A DNA stretch of 64,000 nt from Pirellula sp. (GTDB lineage Bacteria > Planctomycetota > Planctomycetia > Pirellulales > Pirellulaceae), in assembly GCA_046344995.1 (NCBI GenBank), contig JBKDKR010000092.1, positions 27,396-91,395 of the forward strand, read 5' to 3'. The first letter of the stretch is position 1. Every line of letters begins with the position of its first letter. A program made the translations under genes and the position numbers. The notes under the pieces are model-generated. The model did not search any database and was not told where the DNA came from. It was given only the letters and a program-made list of their open reading frames with translations. Positions 1 to 8,596 of this stretch are shown piece by piece.

Positions 1-107
1 ACTTTATTGAGAAACAAGCGATTGTCGAATCGCTGACCCCAAGGGTCCAATCCGAGTTCAGTAAGCTTCTGCAGCTTCTCAAGCCGAGATGCTTGGTGAA
101 CCCCTAA
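1..107 (+). CDS. 3' end of an unknown CDS entering the window
   Basis: Open frame FIEKQAIVESLTPRVQSEFSKLLQLLKPRCLVNP ending TAA at 105-107; no recognisable motif. Confidence 0.35.
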   Translation, partial: FIEKQAIVESLTPRVQSEFSKLLQLLKPRCLVNP

Positions 108-270
108 ACCCGCGTTGTCATGATTTGTCGAATCGGCCATTTTGAAGATTTTTGGTTAAAGTTCGATGCGAGACCCTCAAGCCGAAGGCGTTCGCGTGAC
201 GATCTGCTTCCTATCCCTCAGAATCCCTGAGTGGGGCAGATTGTAGGGAAAAGCTAAGGAAAACCAAGCG

Positions 271-711
271 ATGAAACCTCCGATGCTTCTGATTGTCGAG
301 AACGACCCGCTACTTCTCACTGGAATGGCTGCGATTCTCGATAAACGTGGCTACCGTTGTTTTCTAGCCAGAAACTTGGAAGTCGCCCAACAAGCGGTCG
401 AATCTATCACTTTTGACTTGATTCTTTTCTCGTTTTCTCGAGATCCCCTGGCCGCCGCCGAGGCCGCCGCTTCTTTGCGACAACATCAACAATCCAAAGA
501 TCTCCCAGTGATTTTCCTGGCAGATGATTTTGACCAAAACTGGATCGAGCCTCTCCACTTGGCTGGCGGGGTCTATTGCTTGCCCAAACCCTTCGAGCCG
601 GACGTTCTCCTGGATTTGGTCGATAAAGCTTTCTGCCTCCCTCACTTAGCCGCAAAAAAACACACCCCTCCCGCTCCCCACTTTGCCCACGAATGGGTCC
701 GCCTCAGCTAG
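271..711 (+). CDS. Single-domain CheY-like receiver protein, probably a pseudo-receiver
   Basis: LLIVEND, DLILFSF, LPVIFLA and LPKPFE follow the receiver fold; the phospho-acceptor Asp position is Ser. Confidence 0.85.
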   Translation: MKPPMLLIVENDPLLLTGMAAILDKRGYRCFLARNLEVAQQAVESITFDLILFSFSRDPLAAAEAAASLRQHQQSKDLPVIFLADDFDQNWIEPLHLAGGVYCLPKPFEPDVLLDLVDKAFCLPHLAAKKHTPPAPHFAHEWVRLS

Positions 712-748
712 TCCCCGCAATTCAGCCGCAACGTATTCCCGACTAAAC

Positions 749-895
749 GTAGGCCGAAACCGTCGTAGGCCGGAACAAGCAAAGCCCCGTTCCGCCCTCC
801 CCCCCACTCATAACTCCCCGCCAATCACTGCCCCAACACCGCACCATGCCCCTTTGCGCAGTTCCGGCAGTTCTCTCGCGCTCATAACGCAAGCC
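749..895. repeat. GTAG-type REP-like sequence with a degenerate C-rich tandem copy
   Basis: GTAGGCCG at 749 and 765; GTTCCG...CTCATAAC units at 789-814 and 861-888. Confidence 0.45.
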
Positions 896-1033
896 ACGCA
901 TTAATGCATGCATTTCTAAAAATTTAAAGCCTGCCATTTCCCGAAACCAACGCACTCATTTTTTTGTTACTATTGAGGCATAAGTTAATAAAACACAATC
1001 ACCTATCTCACTATTTATAAAGGGCTCACGCTT

Positions 1034-1807
1034 ATGCTGATCTTAGGACGTAAAGCAGACCAATCGATCGTCTTCCCCTCCTGCGGAATCACCATTCGCA
1101 TTCTTCAAGTCAACGGCCGCGTCGCAAAAATCGGCATCGAAGCACCGGAGCAAATCGCCATCGCTCGCGGCGAAGTCCTTAACCAGTACGAACCTGCTCA
1201 CGACGTGGGCTCTCAAAATGAAGTCGACTCTCTATCTCGATTCCGAACGCAACTCGAAGAGGTTAAGAATCTCCGAGAAAGTGGATTCGACGACAAATCC
1301 GATCGACTTCTCGAACGCATACTTCTCGAACTAAACACTCTCGACCGCTCCAGTACCGAAACCGCCGATTCCGTCTCCGAAGCCACCACTTCTTACTCTG
1401 CCCATTCTGGAGAAAGCAACGCGGCATTGACACCTCGCCTACTATTTGTTGGTTCACCCGCATTAGAATACGAAGACGACCTTCAAATAATGAAACGACG
1501 AACAAGTCGATTCACCGCAGCAGCCGATTGCCAAGCGGTCGATTTCCTCGTTAAAGCCGAGCAATCCGATTGCATCATATTTGACATGGAATCGTGCGGT
1601 CCCAACATATCCTCCAAAATCAAAGAACTTCGCGCAGGACTCGAACAACGCCCCAAGATCATTTGCATCTCGCAATACGCCCCATCCATTTACGGATTTG
1701 ATCTACTGAGACCTGCTTTCGACGGTTGGATTTGGAAACCATGGGACTACGATCGCGCGTGGACCCATATCCAAACCGTACTCCGACCAATGCCTCAGGA
1801 AGCTTAA
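1034..1807 (+). CDS. csrA: CsrA-domain protein fused to a C-terminal receiver-like domain
   Basis: N-terminus MLILGRKADQSI...IGIEAPEQIAIARGEV matches CsrA; C-terminus IIFDM...IICIS...WKPW is receiver-like. Confidence 0.85.
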   Translation: MLILGRKADQSIVFPSCGITIRILQVNGRVAKIGIEAPEQIAIARGEVLNQYEPAHDVGSQNEVDSLSRFRTQLEEVKNLRESGFDDKSDRLLERILLELNTLDRSSTETADSVSEATTSYSAHSGESNAALTPRLLFVGSPALEYEDDLQIMKRRTSRFTAAADCQAVDFLVKAEQSDCIIFDMESCGPNISSKIKELRAGLEQRPKIICISQYAPSIYGFDLLRPAFDGWIWKPWDYDRAWTHIQTVLRPMPQEA

Positions 1808-3276
1808 TGAGCTCAGAGCCCTTCTCCAGCGATCTTCTTAAATCTCGATGCCTCGTCCATGGACAATGGGCTTGCTCTGTAACCGGCAAAACGTTTTCCG
1901 TTAACAATCCAGCGGACGGCTCCTTGATCGGTACCGTCCCAGATATGGTAGAAGATGACTTTTCCGACGCTCTCGATAGCTCCAAAGAGGCCTTCTACTA
2001 CTGGAAATCGTCTCTCGCCTCCGATCGATCCGCAGCTCTCAAAGCATGGCATGCGGCCATCATAGCTAACCAAGACGCACTGGCCCGGATCTTGACCCTC
2101 GAACAAGGAAAACCACTCCGAGAATCGCGGGCCGAAATTCGTTATGCGGCATCATTCGTCGAATGGTACGCCGAAGAAGCCAAACGTCTTAACGGTGAGA
2201 TTATTCCACCTCATCAATCTTCTAAACGAGTCCTAGTCCTTAGACAACCTGTTGGCGTCGTCGCCGCGATCACGCCATGGAATTTCCCAGCCGCGATGAT
2301 CACTCGCAAAGTCGCACCCGCTTTAGCAGCTGGCTGCACCGTAGTTTGCAAACCCGCTCCACAAACGCCACTTACGGCTTTAGCTCTTGTGGAATTAGCA
2401 AATCGCTCCGGCATCCCACCGGGAGTCTTTAACGTTGTTACGACTACTGATGCAGAAACGTTTGGTCGACTTGTTACCGAGAATAGTCTAGTTAGCAAAA
2501 TTAGCTTCACCGGCTCCACTGCGATTGGCAAGAAACTTATGGCAGCATGCGCTCAGAACGTGACGCGCATCTCTTTGGAACTCGGTGGTAACGCTCCCTT
2601 CATCGTATTCGATGACGCCGATGTCGATTCCGCCATCGAAGGGGCATTGCTTAGTAAATTTCGAAACGCAGGACAAACATGCGTTTGCACCAATCGATTT
2701 CTTGTTCATCGTCGTATTAGCCAAGAGTTCGCAAGCCGACTATCTCTCGCCGTCAGCAACTTGAAAGTAGGTAGTGGTCTCGATGTGAACACTGACATCG
2801 GCCCACTCATCGATGAGAACGCTCTCAACAAAGTAGAGACATTGCTTTCCGAGGCGCGAAGCAGTGGTGCGAGCGTCGTATGTGGCGGATCTCGGCACAG
2901 CATGGGGGGCAATTTCTTTCAACCAACGGTTCTAGCTGGTGTGAAGCCTAATATGCGAATCGTCCAAGAAGAAATCTTCGGCCCGGTTGCGCCGATCTTG
3001 GAGTTCGCCTCTGAACAAGAAGCTATATACATGGCCAATTCGACAAGATCCGGTTTGGCAGCGTACTTTTATACTCGCGACTTTGATAGATTCTGGCGAG
3101 TCTCAGAGGCTCTCGAATACGGTATCGTAGGTCACAACACGGGGCTTATCTCCACCGAGATCGCCCCGTTCGGCGGAGTTAAAGAATCGGGACTTGGCCG
3201 AGAAGGCTCCCATCACGGAATCTTGGACTACACCGAACTCAAATACATCTGCGCCGAAGTCAAACGGGAAGAGTAA
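1807..3276 (+). CDS. gabD: NAD(P)-dependent succinate-semialdehyde dehydrogenase
   Basis: ITPWNFP, FTGST, ELGGNAP, FRNAGQTCVC, EEIFGP; ATG at 1807 overlaps the upstream TAA. Confidence 0.93.
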   Translation: MSSEPFSSDLLKSRCLVHGQWACSVTGKTFSVNNPADGSLIGTVPDMVEDDFSDALDSSKEAFYYWKSSLASDRSAALKAWHAAIIANQDALARILTLEQGKPLRESRAEIRYAASFVEWYAEEAKRLNGEIIPPHQSSKRVLVLRQPVGVVAAITPWNFPAAMITRKVAPALAAGCTVVCKPAPQTPLTALALVELANRSGIPPGVFNVVTTTDAETFGRLVTENSLVSKISFTGSTAIGKKLMAACAQNVTRISLELGGNAPFIVFDDADVDSAIEGALLSKFRNAGQTCVCTNRFLVHRRISQEFASRLSLAVSNLKVGSGLDVNTDIGPLIDENALNKVETLLSEARSSGASVVCGGSRHSMGGNFFQPTVLAGVKPNMRIVQEEIFGPVAPILEFASEQEAIYMANSTRSGLAAYFYTRDFDRFWRVSEALEYGIVGHNTGLISTEIAPFGGVKESGLGREGSHHGILDYTELKYICAEVKREE

Positions 3277-3283
3277 GCAACCC

Positions 3284-3417
3284 ATCAGCCGCAGAGCGCT
3301 TGCTCACGGTTGTCCGCAAAATCAGCCGTAGAGCGCTAGCTCACGGTTTTCAGTATATAATCCTAAAATCGGCCTCTTCGAAATCACTAGCTGGACGCTA
3401 GCGATTTTCCGCTGATG
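3284..3417. repeat. REP/REPIN cluster upstream of the RAYT
   Basis: 28-bp ATCAGCCG(C/T)AGAGCGCT(T/A)GCTCACGGTT at 3284-3311 and 3321-3348; degenerate inverted copy at about 3389-3417. Confidence 0.85.
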
Positions 3418-3449
3418 ATGGTTTTCGTATGTTTAGCTGATCGCGTATC

Positions 3450-3938
3450 ATGAATAGCGATGAACCCCTAGCCTACTTTATTACTTGGTCGGTTTACGGA
3501 ACCCATCTCCAAGGTGCAAGCACCGGTTGGAGAAAGTATGGAAAAGGAGAAATGCGTCCACAACCTTTGCTTGAGTCTTGGCGTCGGGAACGTCTCAATC
3601 ACTCGGTTGTGCTTCTTGATCAGAACCATCGGGATGTTGTACTGAAAGCGGCAGAAGAACATTGTATTCATCGAAACTGGCACCTTTGGGAATGTAACGC
3701 CAGGACTAATCACGTACACGCTGTAGTAACCGCTACTGGTCAATCTGGAAAAGTAGTGCGAGATCAACTCAAGGCGAATTGCACGCGTAGTCTTCGTGAG
3801 CGTTTTGCGATCTTCCGTGATCGACCCGTTTGGACAGTTGGCGGAGATTGGAGATGCATTAATTCAGAAAGAGAACTACATCGTGTGATAGAATATGCTC
3901 GAGATGCACAAGACCGAAAAAATCGCGACATCCCATAG
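3450..3938 (+). mobile_element. REP-associated tyrosine transposase (RAYT / Y1 HUH transposase)
   Basis: AYFITW, NHVH (HUH) and C-terminal EY...Q helix; flanked on both sides by palindromic repeats. Confidence 0.85.
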
Positions 3939-4001
3939 CTCAATTTTCATCAACCCAAGAACTTTTGAACAGACGAGGAGTTCTTGTGAATCACCGGCTG
4001 T

Positions 4002-4152
4002 CGCGTGACAACCGGACGCTAGCGCGTTCCGGCTAATCAGCCGCAGAGCGCTAGCTCACGGTTGTCGGTATGTAAGTCCAACATCACCCAGTACCCCCCC
4101 TACCATCTAACGCGTGACAACCGGACGCTAGCGCGTTCCGGCTAATCAGCCG
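4002..4152. repeat. REP/REPIN cluster downstream of the RAYT
   Basis: 42-bp exact direct repeat 4002-4043 = 4111-4152; AACCGGACGCTAGCGCGTTCCGGCTAAT abuts ATCAGCCGCAGAGCGCTAGCTCACGGTT (4036-4063). Confidence 0.9.
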
Positions 4153-4321
4153 GGTTCCACCCAATTTTCCCACACAAAACCATAACTACTCGGGTATAAT
4201 GCACAGCCTTCAGTTCGTGCTGACGACCGCACCCGCATTGACTTAACCGCTTCGGCCAAGTCGCAAGAACCTGCCGTCGCTAGCATCCCCTCTCCCCCAC
4301 CTTTTGGAAAGATTTTTAATC

Positions 4322-5194
4322 ATGAGTCGCGTTTTTACAGCCTGCCTTCCCCTGTTACTTCTCGTCGGTGGTGCGAACCTCGCATCAGCCGAAAAACCGA
4401 TCCCTCCAAGCTCCATCAAAACCGATTCGCGAATCAATGGCTTCGCGGTCAGCGTTCAAGCTTGGAGCTTTAACCGCTTCACAACCTTTGAAGCGATCGA
4501 AAAAACAGCCGCCTCCGGTGCTAAGTGCATTGAGTTGTTTCCCGGCCAAAAGATGACTGCCGACCAAGATGCCAAAGTCGAGCCCGGAATGCCTGCCGAA
4601 GCCCTCAAGGCTCTCAAAGATAAACTCGCCAAACACAACATCAAAGCCACCGCGTTCGGCGTTGTTGGCGTCTCGAAAGATGAAACCGAAGCTCGCAAAC
4701 TCTTCCAATTCGCTAAGGAGCTCGGCATCACTTGCATCAACACGGAATCAACGGACGCAATCGACACCATCGAAAAGCTTGCCAAAGAATTCGACATCCG
4801 CGTTGGTATTCACAATCACCCACGTCGCGACAACGACCCTAACTACAAAGTCTGGGACCCAAAGTACATTCTCGAACTAGTAAAAGATCGCGATCCGCGA
4901 GTTGGCGCTTGTGCTGACACCGGCCACTGGGTTCGTACCGGTCTCGATCCTATCGAGTGCTTGAACATTCTCAAGGGCCGCATCGTTAGCAGCCACTTCA
5001 AGGATCTCAACCAAAAAGGAAACGGAGCACACGATGTGCCATGGGGAACCGGGATCTCGGATGCCAAAGGTCAGTTGGCTTTCTTGCGAGCATCAGGTTT
5101 CGATGGTCCAATGTCAGTCGAATATGAACACAACTGGGATAACAATCTCCCTAACATCACCGACTGCGTTGAGTTCGTAAAGAACTTCAAGTAG
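4322..5194 (+). CDS. Exported sugar-phosphate isomerase/epimerase family (AP-endonuclease-2 TIM barrel) protein
   Basis: Signal peptide; IHNH, ADTGHW, HFKD and SVEYE metal-binding motifs. Confidence 0.85.
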   Translation: MSRVFTACLPLLLLVGGANLASAEKPIPPSSIKTDSRINGFAVSVQAWSFNRFTTFEAIEKTAASGAKCIELFPGQKMTADQDAKVEPGMPAEALKALKDKLAKHNIKATAFGVVGVSKDETEARKLFQFAKELGITCINTESTDAIDTIEKLAKEFDIRVGIHNHPRRDNDPNYKVWDPKYILELVKDRDPRVGACADTGHWVRTGLDPIECLNILKGRIVSSHFKDLNQKGNGAHDVPWGTGISDAKGQLAFLRASGFDGPMSVEYEHNWDNNLPNITDCVEFVKNFK

Positions 5195-5224
5195 CCACCA
5201 GCTTCACTCTCCTCAAGTCTTCAT

Positions 5225-5280
5225 CCTCCCCAAACAACGTTTGGGGAGGGTCAGCCCGCGTTAGCGAGGCTGGGGAGGGG
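5225..5280. repeat. CCTCCCC/GGGGAGG hairpin between convergent genes (REP-like element or terminator)
   Basis: CCTCCCCAAAC-AAC-GTTTGGGGAGG perfect stem, followed by a CAGCC...GGCTG stem. Confidence 0.55.
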
Positions 5281-5351
5281 CTGTCTCGTTCCAAAGTCAA
5301 TCGGTAATAAATCGCCATTGTCTTCCACGCGCGCGATTTAATCGAACCCTC

Positions 5352-6377
5352 TTAATCGCAACCTTTGACGACAACTTTTCCGAAATGCTTCGCGGAATAC
5401 AAATACTCAAACGCCGCGTCCGCTTGCTCAAATGAAAAGACCCGATCGATAACTGGTTCGATCCTCGACTTTGACAAGAATTCGTTCATCTCTCTAAAGT
5501 CTTCCCTCGACCCAACATAGATACCGTTGAGCCGGATATTCTTTGCTAACAGCGGAAACAAACTCGTCGAGGGTGGCCCGAATCCGGTTAACACGCCGAT
5601 CAAGGCAATATGCCCCCCAGGCGCAACGGCTTGTAATGACTGTCCCAGGGTGCCCTGACCACCCACCTCAACCACATGATCGACACCTTTTCCGTCAGTC
5701 ATATGCATTACTTCTTGACCCCAATCTGGTGTGGTGTGATAGTTCAAAGTTTGCGTAGCTCCCAGAGCCTTCGCTCGATCCAGCTTCTCGTCGCTGCTCG
5801 ACAAAATGATTACCTTGGCCCCTAGAGCGGTTGCAAATTGAAGAGCGAAAATAGAAACCCCTCCGGTCCCAATGCAAAGGACCGTCTCTCCGCTTTGGAG
5901 CATCCCACGATGAACCAGCGAATACCAAGCGGTTAGTCCTGCGCACGGCAGCGTGGCAGCTTGTTCATAGCTCAGATAATCGGGAATGCGAACCACGCCT
6001 GTTTCCGGCAGGTCGATCAGTTGTTGAAGCATGCCGTCGATTGTCCCACCAAGATCATTCCGATGATGAATCATTTCGAATCGGCCTGACATCCAAGTTT
6101 GGAAAAAACAGCCAGCAACACGATCTCCGACTTTAAGGTCGCGGATGTTGGAACCGACGGCGATGATTTCGCCTGCTCCATCGGAGCAGGGAGTTCGCCC
6201 GTCGACCGGTCGTCCGGCGAGATTTTTCCAGCCCACGATATCCCGATAGTTTAGGGAAACTGCGTGGATCCGGACGCGAATCGAGTTAGCGGGAGGCAGT
6301 TCGGGCAGAGATACTAATTCTGGTTTGAGGGCGTACTGAGCCCCATCCTTTCGGAATTTCCAAGCTTTTGCGTCCAT
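5352..6377 (-). CDS. MDR-family NAD(P)-dependent alcohol dehydrogenase / quinone oxidoreductase-like protein
   Basis: SLNYRD, SDGAGE, LPCAGLTAW, GTGGVS, HFGKVV. Confidence 0.9.
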   Translation of the reverse strand: MDAKAWKFRKDGAQYALKPELVSLPELPPANSIRVRIHAVSLNYRDIVGWKNLAGRPVDGRTPCSDGAGEIIAVGSNIRDLKVGDRVAGCFFQTWMSGRFEMIHHRNDLGGTIDGMLQQLIDLPETGVVRIPDYLSYEQAATLPCAGLTAWYSLVHRGMLQSGETVLCIGTGGVSIFALQFATALGAKVIILSSSDEKLDRAKALGATQTLNYHTTPDWGQEVMHMTDGKGVDHVVEVGGQGTLGQSLQAVAPGGHIALIGVLTGFGPPSTSLFPLLAKNIRLNGIYVGSREDFREMNEFLSKSRIEPVIDRVFSFEQADAAFEYLYSAKHFGKVVVKGCD

Positions 6378-6455
6378 TTTGTCTCCTCTAAGGTGAAATT
6401 CGTCAAATTCTTGGCTTGTTCGACCGATTGTCGACGATATGCTTTAGGCCGACTA

Positions 6456-6537
6456 GGAGGATAAGCGAATGGTTAGCGGCTTCATTGGAAATGAAGTGCC
6501 CCGTAAGGGGTTGCGGGTTCGAATCCCGTGTCCTCCG
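6456..6537 (+). tRNA. tRNA-Ser(GGA), long variable arm, no encoded CCA
   Basis: Acceptor GGAGGAT/GTCCTCC; anticodon arm CTTCA-TTGGAAA-TGAAG; variable arm CCCC/GGGG; T arm GCGGG-TTCGAAT-CCCGT. Confidence 0.85.
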
Positions 6538-6847
6538 CTGATAAAATGCTATAAATCAAAGGCTCTTTGCGTTTTTCCTCAGGAAGTCCGAGCCTTTTCA
6601 TACTGAGGTACAGCGCTGCATCGTCGGATTCTGCGCCTACCCGGCGCAGTTTTTCGGGGTGTAATGCTCCGCTTAGGATCGTAGTCTTGCGATCCGATTC
6701 TATGACTGACCAATAGTTCCGGTTCTCGACTTTCTCATTGATACCCAACCAATCGCAAATTTCATGCTGGGGTTGTTGTCGCTCTAACGCGGTCCGCCAC
6801 CTAGCCCGCATCGGGTGGAATAAACGAGACCACGGCCTCTCGCGCAG
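6482..6847 (-). pseudogene. C-terminal relic of a tyrosine integrase running into the tRNA 3' end
   Basis: In-frame PWSRLFHPMRARWRT...CDWLG...RNY resembles the catalytic H-x-x-R, LG and Y region of planctomycete phage integrases; in-frame TAA just upstream. Confidence 0.65.
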
Positions 6848-7130
6848 TTAAAACTGGGATCCGCCGTTATTAAGTTATTCCATTTGGTTAGAGAATAACT
6901 GTCAGTCTTCTCCGATCGAATGGAGTAATCAATCAACGGGGTCGAGGCAGGGCAGATACTGCCTAGCAAATTCGATCATCCTATAGCAATCGAGCGGGCA
7001 GCTCAATTTGCCGTGTTTCAAGTCGCCTTTTGGTTGCATTTGGGCACCTTCGTCCGATAGTTTTTCTCCCATTTTTCAAAGGTTCTTCGCCATTCGGACT
7101 GAACTTCGGCTGGTAGGGCCTGTCCTGATT

Positions 7131-7171
7131 ATCACACTTTTTCTTGACACAAACCCAGAAAATGTGATACT
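7131..7171 (+). promoter_or_regulatory. Sigma70-like promoter overlapped by an inverted repeat (candidate TA operator)
   Basis: TTGACA 7144-7149, 16 bp, GATACT 7166-7171; imperfect IR ATCACACTTTT / AAAATGTGAT. Confidence 0.5.
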
Positions 7172-7223
7172 TTTGTTGGAAATCGATCGCTGGAAAAGTA
7201 ACCTGGAAAGGAAGTGACCCGAG

Positions 7224-7664
7224 ATGACGATGTTACCAGGAAGCATGACGGGTAGTTACTACGTCCGTGCGATAAGACCAGCTTTTCAGGATGCCAGGCA
7301 CTGGCTCCCTGCAATGCGAGATCGTGCGGTTCTACGTCGTCATGCTCTTAAACTTCGATTTTGGGGACCAGTTGGAATGGTAGAAGATTTGGACTGGGAT
7401 TGGATTCAAGCGAGAAGGGATGAGAGGATTGGCGAGGTTCGCATCGGCGATGTTTTAGGCGGATGCGACAACCTGCGTGTGATAACTTGGCATCCCAAAC
7501 GACTGACTCGGCCAAGCTGGAATCCTACTGGCGCGCCAGTTCTACACATTTGGATTCTCGCTGTATTTCAGAAGAAGAGAGATGAATTCACAAAAGGCAA
7601 CCTCAAAACATTTGATTTGCGTCGACAAACTGTCATAGATCGTTTTTATGATGGCATTGTATAG
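7224..7664 (+). CDS. RelE/HigB (Gp49-like) type II toxin candidate
   Basis: GEVRI...LRVI...WILAVFQKKR pattern; toxin-first order before an XRE HTH gene. Confidence 0.65.
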   Translation: MTMLPGSMTGSYYVRAIRPAFQDARHWLPAMRDRAVLRRHALKLRFWGPVGMVEDLDWDWIQARRDERIGEVRIGDVLGGCDNLRVITWHPKRLTRPSWNPTGAPVLHIWILAVFQKKRDEFTKGNLKTFDLRRQTVIDRFYDGIV

Positions 7665-7706
7665 ATGACGATCACCTTTTCCCTTCCTACATCTGATCGA
7701 AAAACC

Positions 7707-8207
7707 ATGGATACCCTAGAAAAGCAAATTGTCGGCATCAAATTCCTCCATGCATTCATGGAATGCTCTGATGAGATACAGAAACTCGTAAAGGAGTTGA
7801 TTAAGGAAGTCATCCTATCAAATGAGTCTGACAGCGACGAAAAGCAAATGGCTATGTTCTCTGTTGCGGATGCGTTGTTCCCAAATCCGCACAATGGGCT
7901 TCATGGTATGGACTTGTTTGAGAGCGAGATAGTGGCTTCTGCCCAAGAACCTGAGCTAGCAAAGATTGTGTCCAACATGGACGCTGAGGAGCTTTCGTTT
8001 TCTGAGCGATTGCGTGCAGTGATGAGCGAGAATGGAATGACGCAGCAAGAACTTGCTGACGCGGTTGGCCTACGTCAATCTGCAATCGCTAACATCCTTT
8101 CTCGCGATTGTCGACCTCAACAGCGAACAGTAAGAAAAATTGCCGAAGCACTCGGAGTTCAGCCATCTGAATTATGGCCTGCTTTCGCTGGCGAAGTGCT
8201 CAAGTAA
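7707..8207 (+). CDS. XRE-family HTH protein (HigA-like antitoxin) with long N-terminal extension; alternative start 7665
   Basis: C-terminal MTQQELADAVGLRQSAIANILS...KIAEALGV. Confidence 0.8.
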   Translation: MDTLEKQIVGIKFLHAFMECSDEIQKLVKELIKEVILSNESDSDEKQMAMFSVADALFPNPHNGLHGMDLFESEIVASAQEPELAKIVSNMDAEELSFSERLRAVMSENGMTQQELADAVGLRQSAIANILSRDCRPQQRTVRKIAEALGVQPSELWPAFAGEVLK

Positions 8208-8254
8208 GAATTTGCGAAGGCCATTCGTGTGTAGACTCGAATGGTTTTTTGTTG

Positions 8255-8473
8255 CTAACCCTGGCTTGCTCGGAGTGTCTCGTACAGTCGCGCTGGGCCA
8301 AGAAGAATCGCCTTCAATCCGCTTCGAGCATATTCCGAACTGAGTGCCCGGTTACTCATCAAATTATGCGCGTCGAGCGCATCAACGATCGCATTCATCA
8401 ACGATGCGTCGAGGTCAGGCGAGTTTGAGAATTGCTCCTTGCTGTTGTTCAATGCCTGTTTTTCATTTCTACA
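8255..8473 (-). pseudogene. hsdR: C-terminal tail of a type I restriction enzyme R subunit
   Basis: QALNNSKEQFSNSPDL...NAIVDALDAH...GLKAILLGPARLYETLR matches a recognised HsdR C-terminus; in-frame stop upstream. Confidence 0.7.
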
Positions 8474-8596
8474 CTAAAGTGGTAGACGTGTAGGAAAGAA
8501 AGGCATTTGTCACTAATATAGGTTATTGTCGCTAAAATTGCGTAAACTAAACGATATTGATAACCATTCCCGACCATTGACGATTGGCCACCTTGC

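Noticed and set aside
3284-4152. 28-42 bp repeats as a CRISPR array
   Set aside because: Mixed orientation, irregular spacing, no cas genes, and a RAYT lies between them
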